DNA from: Solirubrobacterales bacterium
Lineage (GTDB): Bacteria > Actinomycetota > Thermoleophilia > Solirubrobacterales > 70-9
NCBI GenBank assembly: GCA_036265675.1
Contig: DATAOP010000062.1
Span: 39,560 to 103,559 of the forward strand
Length of the DNA stretch: 64,000 nucleotides
Direction of reading: 5' to 3'
Shown here: one piece after another, positions 63,340-64,000 of the stretch
How the letters are laid out: each line of letters begins with the position of its first letter
Numbering within the stretch: the stretch's first letter is position 1
Program-made: the position numbers and the translations under genes
Notes under the pieces: model-generated
Told to the model about the DNA's origin: nothing
Database searches by the model: none
Seen by the model: the letters and a program-made list of their open reading frames with translations, nothing else

Positions 63340-63392
63340 GCCCGGAGCGAGCCCAATGAGCCATATCTGGTTCTTCGCGCGGCGCTAGGTTC
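63330..63392 (+). repeat. Junction repeat copy R7 plus the second copy of a 19-bp flanking direct repeat
   Basis: CCCGGAATGAGCCCGGAGCGAGCCCAATGAGCCATATCTGGTTC followed by TTCGCGCGGCGCTAGGTTC, which is identical to 63311-63329. Two chained micro-ORFs (7 aa and 10 aa) are linked by ATGA. Confidence 0.75.
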
Positions 63393-63398
63393 AGTGCC

Positions 63399-64000
<602 letters not shown>

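Overview
This is a high-GC (about 70%) actinobacterial chromosome segment. A Thermoleophilia or Solirubrobacterales-like origin is a guess from composition and protein style only. It is densely coding, with many ATGA, GTGA and TGATG stop/start overlaps.

The left 18 kb is a stress-type neighbourhood. It holds a STAS antagonist, three DUF892 ferritin-like genes, USPs, a CDGSH protein, topoisomerase IB, DUF488 and a cyclase-ATPase-TPR protein.

The 16.7 kb between tRNA-Cys (18280) and tRNA-Val (35072) looks accessory. It holds secreted proteins, an APC permease, ArsR/DUF2892/MMPL, four TetR paralogs, an MmyB-like regulator and a monooxygenase.

The right half is the conserved block thrS-infC-rpmI-rplT-methyltransferase-pheST-argCJBD..argG, followed by dnaE, an acyl-CoA dehydrogenase, nfo and the start of gltX.

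Main findings:
1. A dispersed 45-70 bp repeat family sits exactly at operon gene junctions. Most copies are spanned by a micro-ORF that keeps stop/start coupling, and one copy is flanked by a perfect 19-bp duplication.
2. Four GGTT-N15-17-GGGTA(G/T) promoters of the SigF/SigB class lie upstream of stress genes. One of them is an orphan in a 280-bp gap.
3. infC and rpmI are split by a 1.9-kb insert on the opposite strand.
4. The arg cluster carries unknown ORFs where argF and argR are expected.
5. Two secreted proteins share a basic C-terminal module.

I saw no CRISPR array, rRNA, transposase or integrase.
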